Shown here piece by piece: positions 1 through 11,506 of a stretch of 49,185 bases of DNA; within the stretch, counting starts at the first letter, position 1, and every line of letters begins with the position of its first letter. Origin of the DNA: Spongospora subterranea f. sp. subterranea (lineage: Eukaryota); assembly GCA_049724395.1 (NCBI GenBank), contig JAUGWO010000146.1:1-49185 (forward strand), written 5' to 3'. The notes under the pieces are model-generated. The model did not search any database, was not told the DNA's origin, and saw nothing but the letters and a program-made list of their open reading frames with translations. The position numbers and the translations under genes were made by a program.

Positions 1-1349
1 CTGGAAGAGAACATTGACATCTACATCCAGCTCAATCCGCAGTGCACCACCTGCAGGATTCTAAGTCCTCTCCTTGATCATCTGTACAAAACTAAATTGT
101 ACAAAAACACCTCGAAACCAAACCCGATATCAGTACAGTTACAGTTTATCAATCGTATTCCCCGAATTTCCACTTTCTTCGCTGACGTCCCTTCCCACCA
201 ATAATATGATCGTTTTTCAATTGGCAGAAGATCTTCAATAATCTCTTTGGGATCACCAGTTGCTGCCGTCCAACGCATTTTGCGTCTGTTGCGATATAAA
301 TATTCACCGATGGACTTTGCAAATTCAATGAGATCCGAATCGGAAAAGGCCATCTCTTCCAACGCCTTTTATGGGATTGAATCTATGAACGACCTCGGTG
401 GCGGAAATTATTCCAGTCCCGGTTCAGTCTCATAACTCATCTGCTCTTCCTGTTCCTCCTCCTATCCCCATGTCATTAGACCCATCTTGTGTTAAATACT
501 GCCTATTCTGTCAATACTGTACCGCCTCTCAATCTCCACTTCCTACAGATTTAAGTCCTAATCAACGGAAAACACGTTATTGCCCAAGTCGTCTCTGGAG
601 CTTCCTCCTCTTTCATTGATCGTCATCATGCTGAAGTGTTAGGCATCCCTCTTGAAAAGGTCAACAAGTCGATCCCGGTCAAGACTATCGACGGTTCGAG
701 ACTGAAGACAGGAGACATCACCTATTGTACCAATCCTGGTAAATTAAAGACTTGTATTGGTCGCGACCCGCTTCTACGCCATTGACATGAAGCGGCACAC
801 GATGGTGTTAGGTTCCCCTTTGGCTAACCAAGCACAACCCCAGGCAATGATTGGCGTCACCAACAGCTGAGTCCCCGAAAGAACTTCCATCGCGATACTC
901 AAGTCTTTCCCCGTCGACGTCGTCTTTGAGCCCCAAAAGAATGAGGTGAAGTTGCCATACCAGTACTGCGTTTTTTCCGACGAATTCGACAAGTCTATCT
1001 TAGACAAACTCCCTCATCAACGGCAGTATGATTGTGCGATCGATCTAGAGCTTGGCAAATCCCCTCCGTTCGGTCCCATCTACTTTTTGAACGAGCTCGA
1101 AATCAAGGCGTCACGTGAATTTACAGACGAGAATCTGCCGAAACAGTTTATTACAGAATCTACTTCTCCTGCTGGTGCTCCGGTTCTGTTCGTCCGTAAG
1201 AAGGATGGAAGTTGACGTCTCTGTATTGACTATCGTCGCCTAAACGGCATCACGATCAAGAATCGATATCCGCTTCCGCTCATGAACCAACTGCTCGACC
1301 GACTTCGATCCCGGAACATTTTTACCCGTATCGATCTCCGTTCGGCGTA
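1..1349. repeat. Near-identical inverted duplicate of 36385-37738; may continue left of the window
   Basis: ctggaagaga... (1) to ...ttcggcgta (1349) is the reverse complement of 37738..36385. The ORF track gives almost identical peptides (398..619 + vs 37115..37336 -; 774..1007 - vs 36727..36960 +). Confidence 0.95.
575..1349 (+). mobile_element. Ty3/gypsy pol relic (aspartic protease plus 5' part of RT), disrupted
   Basis: SGASSSFIDRHHAEVLGIPL (retropepsin), [33 protein letters not shown] and FTRIDLRSA, with stops and frameshifts. Confidence 0.9.
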
Positions 1350-1373
1350 GTAACTGGTCGGCACGGCCTTTGT

Positions 1374-1433
1374 TACTTCCGTTCCAAAATAACTGGCGGA
1401 CTGGTGGATACCAGTTATTTTGGAACGGAGGTA
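1374..1433. mobile_element. 60-bp Stowaway-like (Tc1/mariner-type) miniature inverted-repeat element
   Basis: ta-cttccgttccaaaataactgg ... ccagttattttggaacggagg-ta: 21-bp arms with one mismatch, TA at both ends, and termini resembling the Stowaway end CTCCCTCCGTTCC. Confidence 0.7.
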
Positions 1434-1647
1434 CTGTAATGGCTCATGTACAGGACGGGCATAACTTGGTGATCACATGCTGCCTCAACGTTTCAGACTA
1501 TGTTCCGATATCGATCACAATGCGCAGAAATTTGACCTGATCAGTGATCAGTCATCTGAAAGACCCCCGGACCCCCCCGTACCCTCCTGTCCGTGACCGA
1601 AACTGTCAAACTGATTCTGATTTGTACAATTGCACACTTGAGTTTCT

Positions 1648-2632
1648 ATGTTCTCGGCTTGTCATCCCGACATTAGAACCGATCGGGTTCAAGTTAGTCC
1701 AAATACACGATGAAGGCATTGATCGTTTTGCGCAGATCCTTGCTCAACAATCACCAAAAGTCGCAATGTATACCGATTACCAGCTGCATCCAAAACCAAC
1801 CGATCCTCGCTGCCCTAACTGGATCTTCTTGATCGATTCACTCAACTTTTCCTTTTGGAATGAGGATCCTTCGCGTGTTTTTTCTGTGTCGCTTGGAGAC
1901 GGTGGCCCACCTTCCACGGGATACGCCTCGATCTGCGCCATCATATGGCGCGCCCTCGACGAAGGGTACCCAATGACTGATGCTGCTTTCTGGCGTGATC
2001 TTGATGAACCAACTTGGCGTCACGTTGCGCGAGGCGATTGCTGTGAGATACCGTTGATCTTAAAGCGCTTGGAGATCATCAACGCCACAGGCGCTACGTT
2101 ATGTTCAGAGTTTGGTGGTGATTTCGCCAATCTGATTTCGAAAGCTGACCGAGACGTATATCGCGTGCTCGAATTGGTCTTGGATTATTTTCCACCATTT
2201 CGTGACCAGACACCGGATGGGCAGTATAAGTTCCTGAAGCGGGCCCAAATCCTTATCGCTGACCTTTGGTCATGCTTTGACGGCAAAGGTATCGGCAAGT
2301 TCGATAATATCAACGAGGTCACAATGTTCGCCGATTATCGTGTACCGCAATCGTTACTGAATTTGGGAATAATATCATACTCCGAGAAGCTACTTTCAAC
2401 ACTTGCTGATGGCCAGAAACTCAACGAATTGAACGAGAACGTCGTGCTCTTCGGAAGGGAAGAAATCGAAATCCGTGCGTCGTCGATCTTGGCTGTTGAC
2501 AGGGTGCAAAAGCGCCTAGGCCCTTCGTCGCCGTGGAACTCGATACTCATAGATTTCTACTTGTGGAACTATTCAAAAACAATCGACAGGAAGTCGTACC
2601 CGTTTCATCGTGTGCGCTCTATCTATTACTAA
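1648..2632 (+). CDS. QNG1: Queuosine 5'-phosphate N-glycosylase / queuosine salvage protein (DUF2419), intronless
   Basis: NWIFLIDSLNFSFW, KRAQILIADLW, TMFADYRVPQ, EIEIRA, NSILIDFYLW and C-terminal PFHRVRSIYY. The likely start is ATG 1648 with one extra T at 1651-1652 (gives MSRLVIPTLE...). Confidence 0.93.
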
Positions 2633-2789
2633 TCACCGCCGATGCCGTATTCGCTCTGATGGACACCGACCTGGGATTTGTTAATACATCTGTCAAATGG
2701 ATGTTCTCAGCTCTAGAGATCCGTTCCCCTCTAATTATGTTACCACCCTCTCCCCAGTCGCCACATCACGCTAAACGTCATCGACAGAC

Positions 2790-3111
2790 TTGGGTAACAT
2801 CATCGTCAGATTGGGTAGTACTGTGCATCACGATGGAGTTATCGTTTCACTGCGCGGGTGCCCATCATCACTTGATCCCGACTCTTAAACGTTGGGTAAC
2901 ATCATCGTCAGACTGGGTAGTACTGTGCATCACGCTGGAGTTACGTTTCACGGCGCGGGTGAATCTCTGCAGCTCATTATCACTTGATCCCGACTCTTAA
3001 ACGTTGGGTAACATCATCGTCAGACTGGGTAGTACCGTGCATCTGGAATCATCTTTTTACTACGCGAGTGAATCTCTGCAGCCCATTATCCCTTGATCCC
3101 GACTCCTAAAC
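2790..3111. repeat. Three tandem copies of a ~100-112 bp unit
   Basis: Units start (g)ttgggtaacatcatcgtcaga at about 2790, 2891 and 3003, and end cttgatcccgactc(t/c)taaac. Confidence 0.95.
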
Positions 3112-3394
3112 GCCACTTCACGCACAGCATGATTGATTGAGTCGCCGTCGAACTGGTTGACGTTTCCTACGGCCACGCCTTTTTCACCGTCGTGAACGCC
3201 ATTGAATGTATAATCAGTAATTGAAACGTCGTTGTCGTTTGATTTGATTTCATAGTGAAGTTGGTTCACAAGCTCAGAAGCAAAGCATGCGACAGCGCGA
3301 CCAGGACTAGATAGAAGGCGGCTGGCTGCGGTGCTGAATCCCGACTGCAGTATACGTATTGCGTGCCGCCGCCCGCCCAGAAATTGCCCGAGCG

Positions 3395-4659
3395 ATGGCG
3401 AAACCTGCAAGCAGCTCGGACGATGAAGGACACGAGTCATCGTCGTTCGCCGGTTCAGAAAGCAATTGCGGCAGCGATTCCGGAGGAGACAGCTCTGATT
3501 TCGAAGAAGTATCCCCGGCGGCAAAGAAACCGAGTAAAACAGCTCCCGCTCGTACTGGAAAGAAGAAATCCCCAGCTCCGCCGAAGAAGGCACCACCTGC
3601 AAAAACGCAGAAGGACAACGCTGATGGAAACATCGGAGCAAAAAGGGCCCCGGTGTCAAGCGAAAAAACAACTGCTAAGAAAGCAAAAACAACTGTTTTG
3701 TCCGACGCCAAGGCTGTGGAAGCTATCAAAGAATATATGCTGAAGACCAACAGACCTTATTCGCATTTAAACGTGTTCGATAACTTGCACGGAGCCGTGA
3801 AGAAAGTATTAGTACCAAAAATTCTCAATCAACTTTCCGATTCTGGGGTTTTAACAGCAAAAAGATTTTGGGAAGGTAGCTGCTGCCTCGTAATATTTGA
3901 ATTCCGTTCCTTCCGTTGTTTTGGCTGCTTTAGCTGTTCCTTTTTTTCAACATGTAAAGGTCGTGCACTTACGAACTGGTTTTGACACAGGTTCGAATTT
4001 ATCTCGCGAATCAATCGAACTTTGACGAAGTTGATCAAACCGAAATGGATACCATTGATGACGAGATCAAAGTTTTAACTGTCACTCATACGGATAGCAA
4101 ATCGATGCTGAAAAGCGCACAAGTCGATGTGGCTGCGTTGAAAGCAAAGAAGTCGGACGCTGAGTTACACAACGAAAATGAAGCTCTACAACGCTCTTTA
4201 AACGAAAAAAAAGAGCTGTTATCCTCAATACTGGGGAAAGATGGCGATGCTCCGGAGCCGTTAATTTCCAAAGAAGAATTCAAGCTGAAAAAAGATATGC
4301 ATCGAAATTATGTGGTATCACACATATTGGCAGTTGCCCATTTATCTACATTTTGAAATTTAGCCTTGGGAAAAATTTGACAGATTCGATGTCCGATTTC
4401 CATCTGCATTACGTTTTTGATGAATGGGTTTGTGCCAATAATCTTTGTTTTTCAGAAAATATGGAAACAGCGTCGTCGTTCCTGTAATGAGATGCTAGAT
4501 TGCATCCTTGAAAACTGTAATATGAAGAAGTCAGAACTTGAGGTAAGAATTCGATGTTTTGTTTTCGCCATCTAATTCGAATTTCAACAGGATGAGATCG
4601 GAGTTGAGAATGACGCATCAGTTGGTGTCTCCTTGGTTACGCATGATTCTTTCAAATGA
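3395..4659 (+). CDS. HOP2: Homologous-pairing protein 2 (TBPIP/PSMC3IP), 4 exons, with a low-complexity N-terminal extension
   Basis: IKEYMLKTNRPYSHLNVFDNL...AKDFGK|VRIYLANQSNFD, then a coiled coil, KIWKQRRRSCNEMLDCILE and EIGVENDA. Three GT-AG introns; one A must be removed at 3859-3863. Confidence 0.88.
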
Positions 4660-4988
4660 GTTTTATATTCCATCCACGTGAGCATTCTATTAAAATATGT
4701 AGTCGATCTTTGAGTGTGATTTGGAACTTCTACGCACCATGCTGTGTCTACATTTGTTAATCCACTGTACCTGTATTGTACGAGAGCGCTATCTCAGGGA
4801 CCACTTGATTTATTCGAGGCTCACTTTCAACAAAATCGATGTTGATGCCTGTTTGAACCCATTGGCTCGGTTCGCTTTTGTGGGTTTCTCCAACTATTCG
4901 TCTCAGACTCTACACAATCAGTCACAATTCTATACACGACAAATTTCAGCCATGGCGAGATTTAGCGATCTCTGGCGATGATTCCACC

Positions 4989-5937
4989 ATGAGCTGCAGA
5001 TACGCAGTCAGACAAATTCAATATCGAGGACGAAAGGTCGGAGTGGTGACGCAATCGGAAAATGGGCCATGCCCACTTCTAGCCATAGCCAACGCCCTTT
5101 CTCTACGTGGCAGCGCCGTTCTGAGTGCGTTATCTGAAGTCAACAACCAGGACCTGTGCAACCTCATCGTGGAAATTATCATGTCTTCTTTGACTTCAAA
5201 TAAGGTTTCTAAACCCGAAACGGAGGCCATCGACAGTAATATCATTGACATTCTTCCAAAAATGGTCAACGGGCTCGACGTCAATGTTAAATTCGACGCA
5301 ATCACGTCGTTTGAGAAGACGCCAGAAATCCAAGTGTTCGATCGGCTTTCCATCCCTCTGGTTCACGGGTGGCTGGCGGACCCAGACGATTATCCAACGT
5401 ACGAAGCGGTGGCAAATGCTTTCTACAACGAGCTTGTGGTAGCAGCAGTGAGCTCTCCATCATCTGCCGTTCAAGAAAGACATTCCAAAAATGACCTGAT
5501 ATGTGACTTTTTGCAATACAGTTCGACCCAGTTGACAAAGACCGGTTTGATGGCCCTCCACTGCATTGAGGAGGCTGTTCAACACGTATTTTTCCGGAAT
5601 AACCATTTCAACGTCCTCATAAGAGAGTAGGTTGTCGCTGTTGTGTTTGGTAGATCTGGGAAACATTCGCAAATTGACACACCAATCTTGCAGGAGAGGT
5701 TCCATTTACTTACTTGTGACCGACGTAGCATTTTTGTCAATGGACAACGTCGTGTGGGAGCGCCTAGACTCGATAACCGGAGCGACCGAATACGTCGACT
5801 GCGACTTCGTGAAAGCGTCATTTCCTGACGAAGTGTCATATAATGAAGCGAAAAGGAGATCCAGTTTCTACGACGTGGTTGGAGCGTGTAAACGCCAGAC
5901 ACCTCGCAACAAGTCGTCAACGTGTCAAGTTCAATGA
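4989..5937 (+). CDS. MINDY-1/2 family deubiquitinase, 2 exons
   Basis: Catalytic TQSENGPCPLLAIANAL, GLDVNVKF, PLVHGWL, VFFRNNHFNVL, then intron ~5626-5693, YLLVTD and VVWERL. Confidence 0.92.
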
Positions 5938-5967
5938 ATCACATAAATTGTATAATTATGAATGAAG

Positions 5968-8075
5968 TTAAGTAAGATCAACAGCATCGGGTTCTGCAAG
6001 AATTTCTATTTGCCTCAACATTGACGTCGGTGAAACCATATCGGTGCACCCATATATGATACTGATTGGTGGTTCGGAAGGGCTACTAGCGGACGCGTCG
6101 CGGGCCCATTCTATCAGGTTGTGCAACTCAGGGTACGTGCCTCCCCCGCAGACGACAACGATCGCTTCGCGAGCTTTCGGAATATGGGTTGGCGGGGCAC
6201 TGCTAGCCGCAGCGCGTGGATCGAATGTCTTGAAATTAGCGGTGAGAGATTGAGAAAGGTGGCGGAGCATGAGTTCTCGCACGACACGCGTCAATGGAGT
6301 CTTATGCTTTAACGGTAGCAGATTCTTGACGTTCCCTTTTAACCATCCTAGACCGGATGAAATGGCTGTGCTTTTTGCCAGATCAGTCAACAATGATGGG
6401 CCTTTATTTTCGTCATGTTGCCCACTTGCTGCCAACTTCTTCATCATGCGAATTTGACGAAGATACGTCAATGCAGAGGAGGATGCTCCGCTTTGTTCAA
6501 CAGCGCTCTTCAAAGCCGCAAACTGCGCATTGGAAAGCTCATCAGATGCAAGATAATACTGGAGCAGTAACCTCAGCTTATCATCTGGAGTCCCTTTACC
6601 ATCAACGCCGAGTTTGGCAAGCAAACTTTTCTGGTCAGGTAGCAACCCAGAAGCGGCCATACGGTCCTCAACTTCGAAAAAAGTGTCAAGAGACCTTTCT
6701 TGAACATGGCGCATGATTGCTGTCGCTAGATTGGTGTGAACATCAAGCTGGCGCTTTTTCTTCTGCAATTCGGGTAAATCGTTGATCATTGATGCCAATT
6801 TGGAAGTGACAGCTGGACTATCCAGATCAATATCGGCCTCGCCCGCCGACTTCAGTCCTGACATGGCCGCGTGATGTTCCTTCATCAAACTATCAACTCG
6901 CGCAGCGACTTCAGGAAACGTCTGTTCAACGTTGAGTGTCCAGAACTCGTCATTGGCGTCTAAATAAATGTCTTCTTTGCGAGGAACACCATTGGGTCCT
7001 TTAACCTCCAGGCTCACTCTATTGGAACTTAAACCAAGGAGATCGTGCGTCATTGGTTGATAAGTCCATTGATGCTGAAGCGGAGTCGCCAGATCCAGGT
7101 TACGATCAACTAAAACCAAAATTGGTCGACGGAATGAGCCCGAAGCGTCTGAAAATGCAGCTGATCTGGACCTTAGGCATTCACCTACGCGTACATCAAA
7201 TTGAGAGCAATGTTAATTTTTGTTTGCTTACGAAGCCGAGCATCGAGCTTTGTTGCAACCATTTCAGCGGCATCACCAGGCCGCGCCTGTATAATCGGGA
7301 TAACACCTAAAGTGCAAATCACTGAAAAAACGGATTCCACTATTTTATCGATGCATGACATGATGTCGTCATCATCACGAGAGCCCAATCTTGAATATGC
7401 CTTTGTTACAACTAGTATTAACCTTCAGTAGACATAATAGTTAGAAAATTACCTCTGGAATATTCATCGTGAACAATGATCGCTCAAAGCTGATGAACTG
7501 ACTGTTCAAATCATAAATTTTCGAAATACGCGAAGCACAGTTCCTCTCTATCGTTTTGAAAGCGAGATCTTCCAACAAAACTCGCGGTAGCATTGTCGTA
7601 AAATTCAGATAAAATGCATCATATAACGCAGCAGCAGTGTCGGCTGCAATTCGTTCTATATTGGCGGGAGTGGGGCTGACAAAGTAGATGGCTGGCACTC
7701 CAGGAACACGTTCACGCCGGGAGGTAATGGGCAAATTCAATGTGATACCCTCTGCACGAAGTTCACCGATCGAAAGAATTGGCGCCAAAATGTCTCTTCC
7801 GACTTCATCATATCTGACAGCGTTTTTAGCGGATGCCATGAACGCGAAATATAAAGATGGATAGTGGTGGCAGCTAACCATTCAAAGAGACGAAGAAAAT
7901 CTGATCAATTCTAAAACATAAAGAATAGACAAAGAGCGCGTAAACAGGCCCAACAAACGTACACAAGGACCTTCCAGGTTGTGACGCCAGCGCTCACACC
8001 CAAATCTGCAGATGGGCCAACGTTCAAATTGAGCATGGACAGGAGCGCTGCCCGCTGCATTGCTTGGATGTCCAT
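5968..8075 (-). CDS. SLY1: Sec1/Munc18 family protein Sly1 (SCFD1), 4 exons
   Basis: ALLSMLNLN...WKVLV|YDEVGRDILAP, VPAIYFVSPT, RPILVLVDRNLDLATPLQHQWTYQ, LPELQKKKRQLDVHTNLAT, VVVCGGGTYPE. GT-AG introns restore the frame. Confidence 0.93.
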
Positions 8076-8954
8076 CGAAGGCGAGTATCGGAGTGGGCGT
8101 AATCCACAGACCCGAGTTCGTTCGTTCGAAAGCAGCCGTTGTCCCCCCGAATACAATCACGATTCGACACGTGGTTCACCTGTCGACGATATCATAATGA
8201 GTTTCCAGTAGCGATCGTGCGCTGACAAAGAGGGCTGCATCACTGCATCACTGTCGCGGATATTCCGTCAAACTGATCGACCATTGAGATGGTAAAACTG
8301 ATGCATTCGCCATTCCTTCAGTGCTTTGAAAAAAAAAACAATGTAAATACGTTCAGTTGGCGTGAATCAATGATGTTGCATGCTGTTTCGGCCTGCCGAA
8401 TTCATGCTGTCGGTTTGGGGTCAGGATAAGTACAGATGAGCTGTCGACAAGGACACGCTATTGAGGGCTTGGAGTGGGACCCCCAGCTGTACCGTGACGC
8501 GCGCGGACATCCACTTTCGCCGCGGATCGTTCTCGAAGGCTGGTCCAGATCTGTGATGACTGATTGAGGCTCACCTCTGAAAGATCAACGGATGTCCAAT
8601 TTGTCTCCTTCATCGCCGCCTTGGCGCCTCTCAACCTCTCCCCTGTCGCTCCCGCTGCCAGCAGGGGATTTTTAAAACCGCATTGTCACCAAGCGATGAT
8701 TCCACAAAACCAAGTTGGTCCGATCCACTATCTGCGTTCATCGCGGCTGAATACCAATCCTGCCACGTGGGAGATGCATTAACCACCGCTCTACGAGATG
8801 GGATAGTACATCACAAGGTGTTTCAGGTGTTTCAATTGACCTCCAAAATCTGTTTCTGCTTACAGCGGTTCGCCCCAATTTTTGTCGCAAAGTTAGTGTA
8901 CTGTCGTTGTTTTTTAACCCTTTTTATTTTGGCTCCTTGTAAAAACCTATAATG

Positions 8955-10262
8955 GATTGGGGCTGCAGTATCGGGCGCCACGAATGCCTCGGTATAGAGA
9001 CCGATGTATCTGGGATCGGTACACCGTCCATGGCGTAAACCTAACGATCCAACGAAAACCTGATAAATGGCACTCTGTTCTGTTTACTCGGGGCCAGCAT
9101 CGGTATCGGGTTAGCCGACTGCGATCGGCTGTAAGCGCGACTCACAACAACTACCGCCCGCGCGAACTGCCGCTACCCTGATTGTAAGATCTCTCGCTGC
9201 GGCTCCCTGAACTTCATCGCCGGTAACGGCCTATGAAAAGCTCAGCGACCATTTCTTCGCTCGGGCGGTAGACGAGCAAACCACGGGAGCGAGCTGCAGG
9301 CGACGAGGCTGTCCTAGATCGAAGTCGGCCGTCGGATTCCGAACAAAGGTCTGAGGTATCCAGAACGCCGTCACTTCAAGTGAGCGGCGACGGCTCCACG
9401 ACTTCCACCCGACCTAATATCCCGAGTGATGCAAGCGATGATGGTGGCGCCGAGCCGCGAGCCTCTGAACATTGGTGATGATCACATCAGGAGTTCGAGT
9501 CGAATTCGACGGAGCCCGGTGCGGCGCGGCGGCAGAGCCAGAGAGGTCGGAACCAAGTCGTTTGGCTCAGGCACCTCAGGACGAAGACTGGTGGGGCATT
9601 TTTGAAAGTAAATTTCGATTCGTTGCAACGCAACAACACTTGGGAATTGGTGTCGTTGCCGGCAGGGAGAAGCCTGTGTCTGGAAAGTGGTGTTGCACAT
9701 ATGAGGTTCGACCGGACTCGTCGCTCGAAGGAAGTCTCGGTACAGTACGTGGCCCGCAGGTTCACCCGAAAAACCCGGTGTTGCCGTCGTCGAAACTTTC
9801 TCTCCCGTCGTCTCGCTGACTTCTTTGAGGAGGGCGTTGTTGGCGCTTGCGGCAGTGGAGGTCGATTCATGACGACTTGCGCCAAGCTGGGTTCGCAGAA
9901 ACAAGCGACGACCAACGCGTTTACGTGCAGCGGAGAACAGATGTTGGATTGACACTGCTCGCACTCTACTCCGACGATGATTGGTGGCGGCATCAACATC
10001 AATGGACCGCGTCAGGCAGTAAGAATCGCATCTTCTTTCGAAATACTCAATGAAACCGATTGGCGACATTACATTCATGTTTCATTGGCGACATGCATTC
10101 ATGCTGGGCCAATAACCTATCCTGATGGGGTGCGGCTGCGATATCGGGGGCCTCGAACGCCTCGATATGGAGACCGGTCTATCGGGGATCATTAACGTCC
10201 ATGGAGTCAAGCTAACGATCAGACAGAAATTTGATGAATATCACTCTGTTCGGTTTCAGCCG
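8955..10262 (+). repeat. Diverged ~135-bp direct repeat pair (8955-9090 and 10125-10262) bracketing a copia relic
   Basis: ggctgcagtatcgggcgccacgaatgcctcggtatagagaccg...cactctgttctgttt aligns with ggctgcgatatcgggggcctcgaacgcctcgatatggagaccg...cactctgttcggttt. Confidence 0.7.
9540..10050 (+). mobile_element. Ty1/copia RT relic, heavily degenerate
   Basis: SLQRNNTWELVSLPAGR and KPVSGKW correspond to the copia RT N-terminus; LTLLALYSDD is a degenerate YVDD region. Confidence 0.75.
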
Positions 10263-11506
10263 AGACAATCCTCACCAGTCGCTTGGGTACCCCAGACCAT
10301 ATCCCGGAAAGCATCATGACGGATCCCTCACCAATGCGGCTGAAAGAGCGTTTAACATTGTATGGGATCAATTATGGTCATCTTCGGCCAATACGACCGT
10401 TATCTAAGTAAAGCCCACTTAATCGCTGCAGGCAAACATGGAGTTTGATAGGGGCACTTGGAACTCCCGCGCTATGATTGTTGATTGGAACACAGCACCA
10501 GCCGGTCGAGCACCAGTTATATTTGACTGAAAGCCGTTCATAAACAACATTGATGCTGCCAAAAAAACTTCGCGATTACGAAGCCATCACTTTGCGTTCA
10601 TCGCTACTGCTGTTGAATACCTATTGATATCATCTGAACCCTTGCATCTGTCCGAGTACCGGAATGTTGCAATGGACATGCCAATTTCTTGAAGAAACGT
10701 CCCCCCGGTTAAACTTGTGTTGAGACCACAGGCGATGATCTTCATCAACTTGTAAGTGTGCTGATTACTGATGGCGCGAGGATCTATGGTTTTCTACAAT
10801 TATTGGTTTTGTTGTTATCGAACATCTTCGCAGGATATGCAACGTCCGCTGCCAAATCCAACAGTGTTTGTGATGAATATGAATTGCAAACACGAACAGG
10901 CTTTGATTAGGGCCTGGCTAGAGCGGATGGACCGATTCTCCAGCGTTGACGATGGAAGATACTGTAGAGAGACCAGTAATAAATACAACACCGATGCCAG
11001 GACAAGGGATCAGGCTGGAGATGAAACTCGGCGCAGGTTTTGCTTGTGAACAGGATGATCTCGTGACACAATTTGCATCCTCAGAGTTTCTTTCTTTATC
11101 TCCCCATTCTTCGATGATTGAGTTCAAGCTCTCTCCTCGTTGTGACGACGCGACGTGTTTGCGGGTACCAAACGCCGTCAACAGACGCACCAGCCGATCA
11201 TTTTCACTTTTGACCAGTAATAACCCTGCTTACTTTGAGCGAATGCAGATAACAAAGGCAAGGGACCAGATACGATCCATTTTCAGAGTTGTAAACCTCA
11301 CAGGTATTGGAGCAAGCTGGACATATTAGGAAAGCGTGGACAAGGTCCCCAAAGAAAGGACAAGGTCGTCGTTCTGGTCTGCAGCGACTGTGAGGCCAGC
11401 CGGAGTGTTTTCCTGGCGCGGGGGTCTAAAATGGTTCACTGCCACTTAGCCTCTGCAGCCATTCTGGATAGCACTTCGTTTCGTATTGTACAACACTTCC
11501 TAAACC

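Noticed and set aside
78..362. 94-aa minus-strand ORF as a real gene
   Set aside because: It has a non-ATG start, lies within the duplicated repeat, and the paralog at 37375-37660 is frameshifted.
2790..3111. CRISPR array or hammerhead ribozyme (minus strand has CTGACGA and GAAAC)
   Set aside because: The variable parts are homologous to each other rather than unique spacers, the context is eukaryotic with no cas genes, and no stem II can form between the hammerhead-like motifs.
3060..3750. Long antisense ORFs over HOP2 (and similar ones over the kinesin)
   Set aside because: Shadow frames of real genes on the opposite strand.
10400..11500. Protein-coding gene (ORFs 10771..11049 and 10946..11329; CxxC near 11380)
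   Set aside because: No recognisable motif or consistent splice model.
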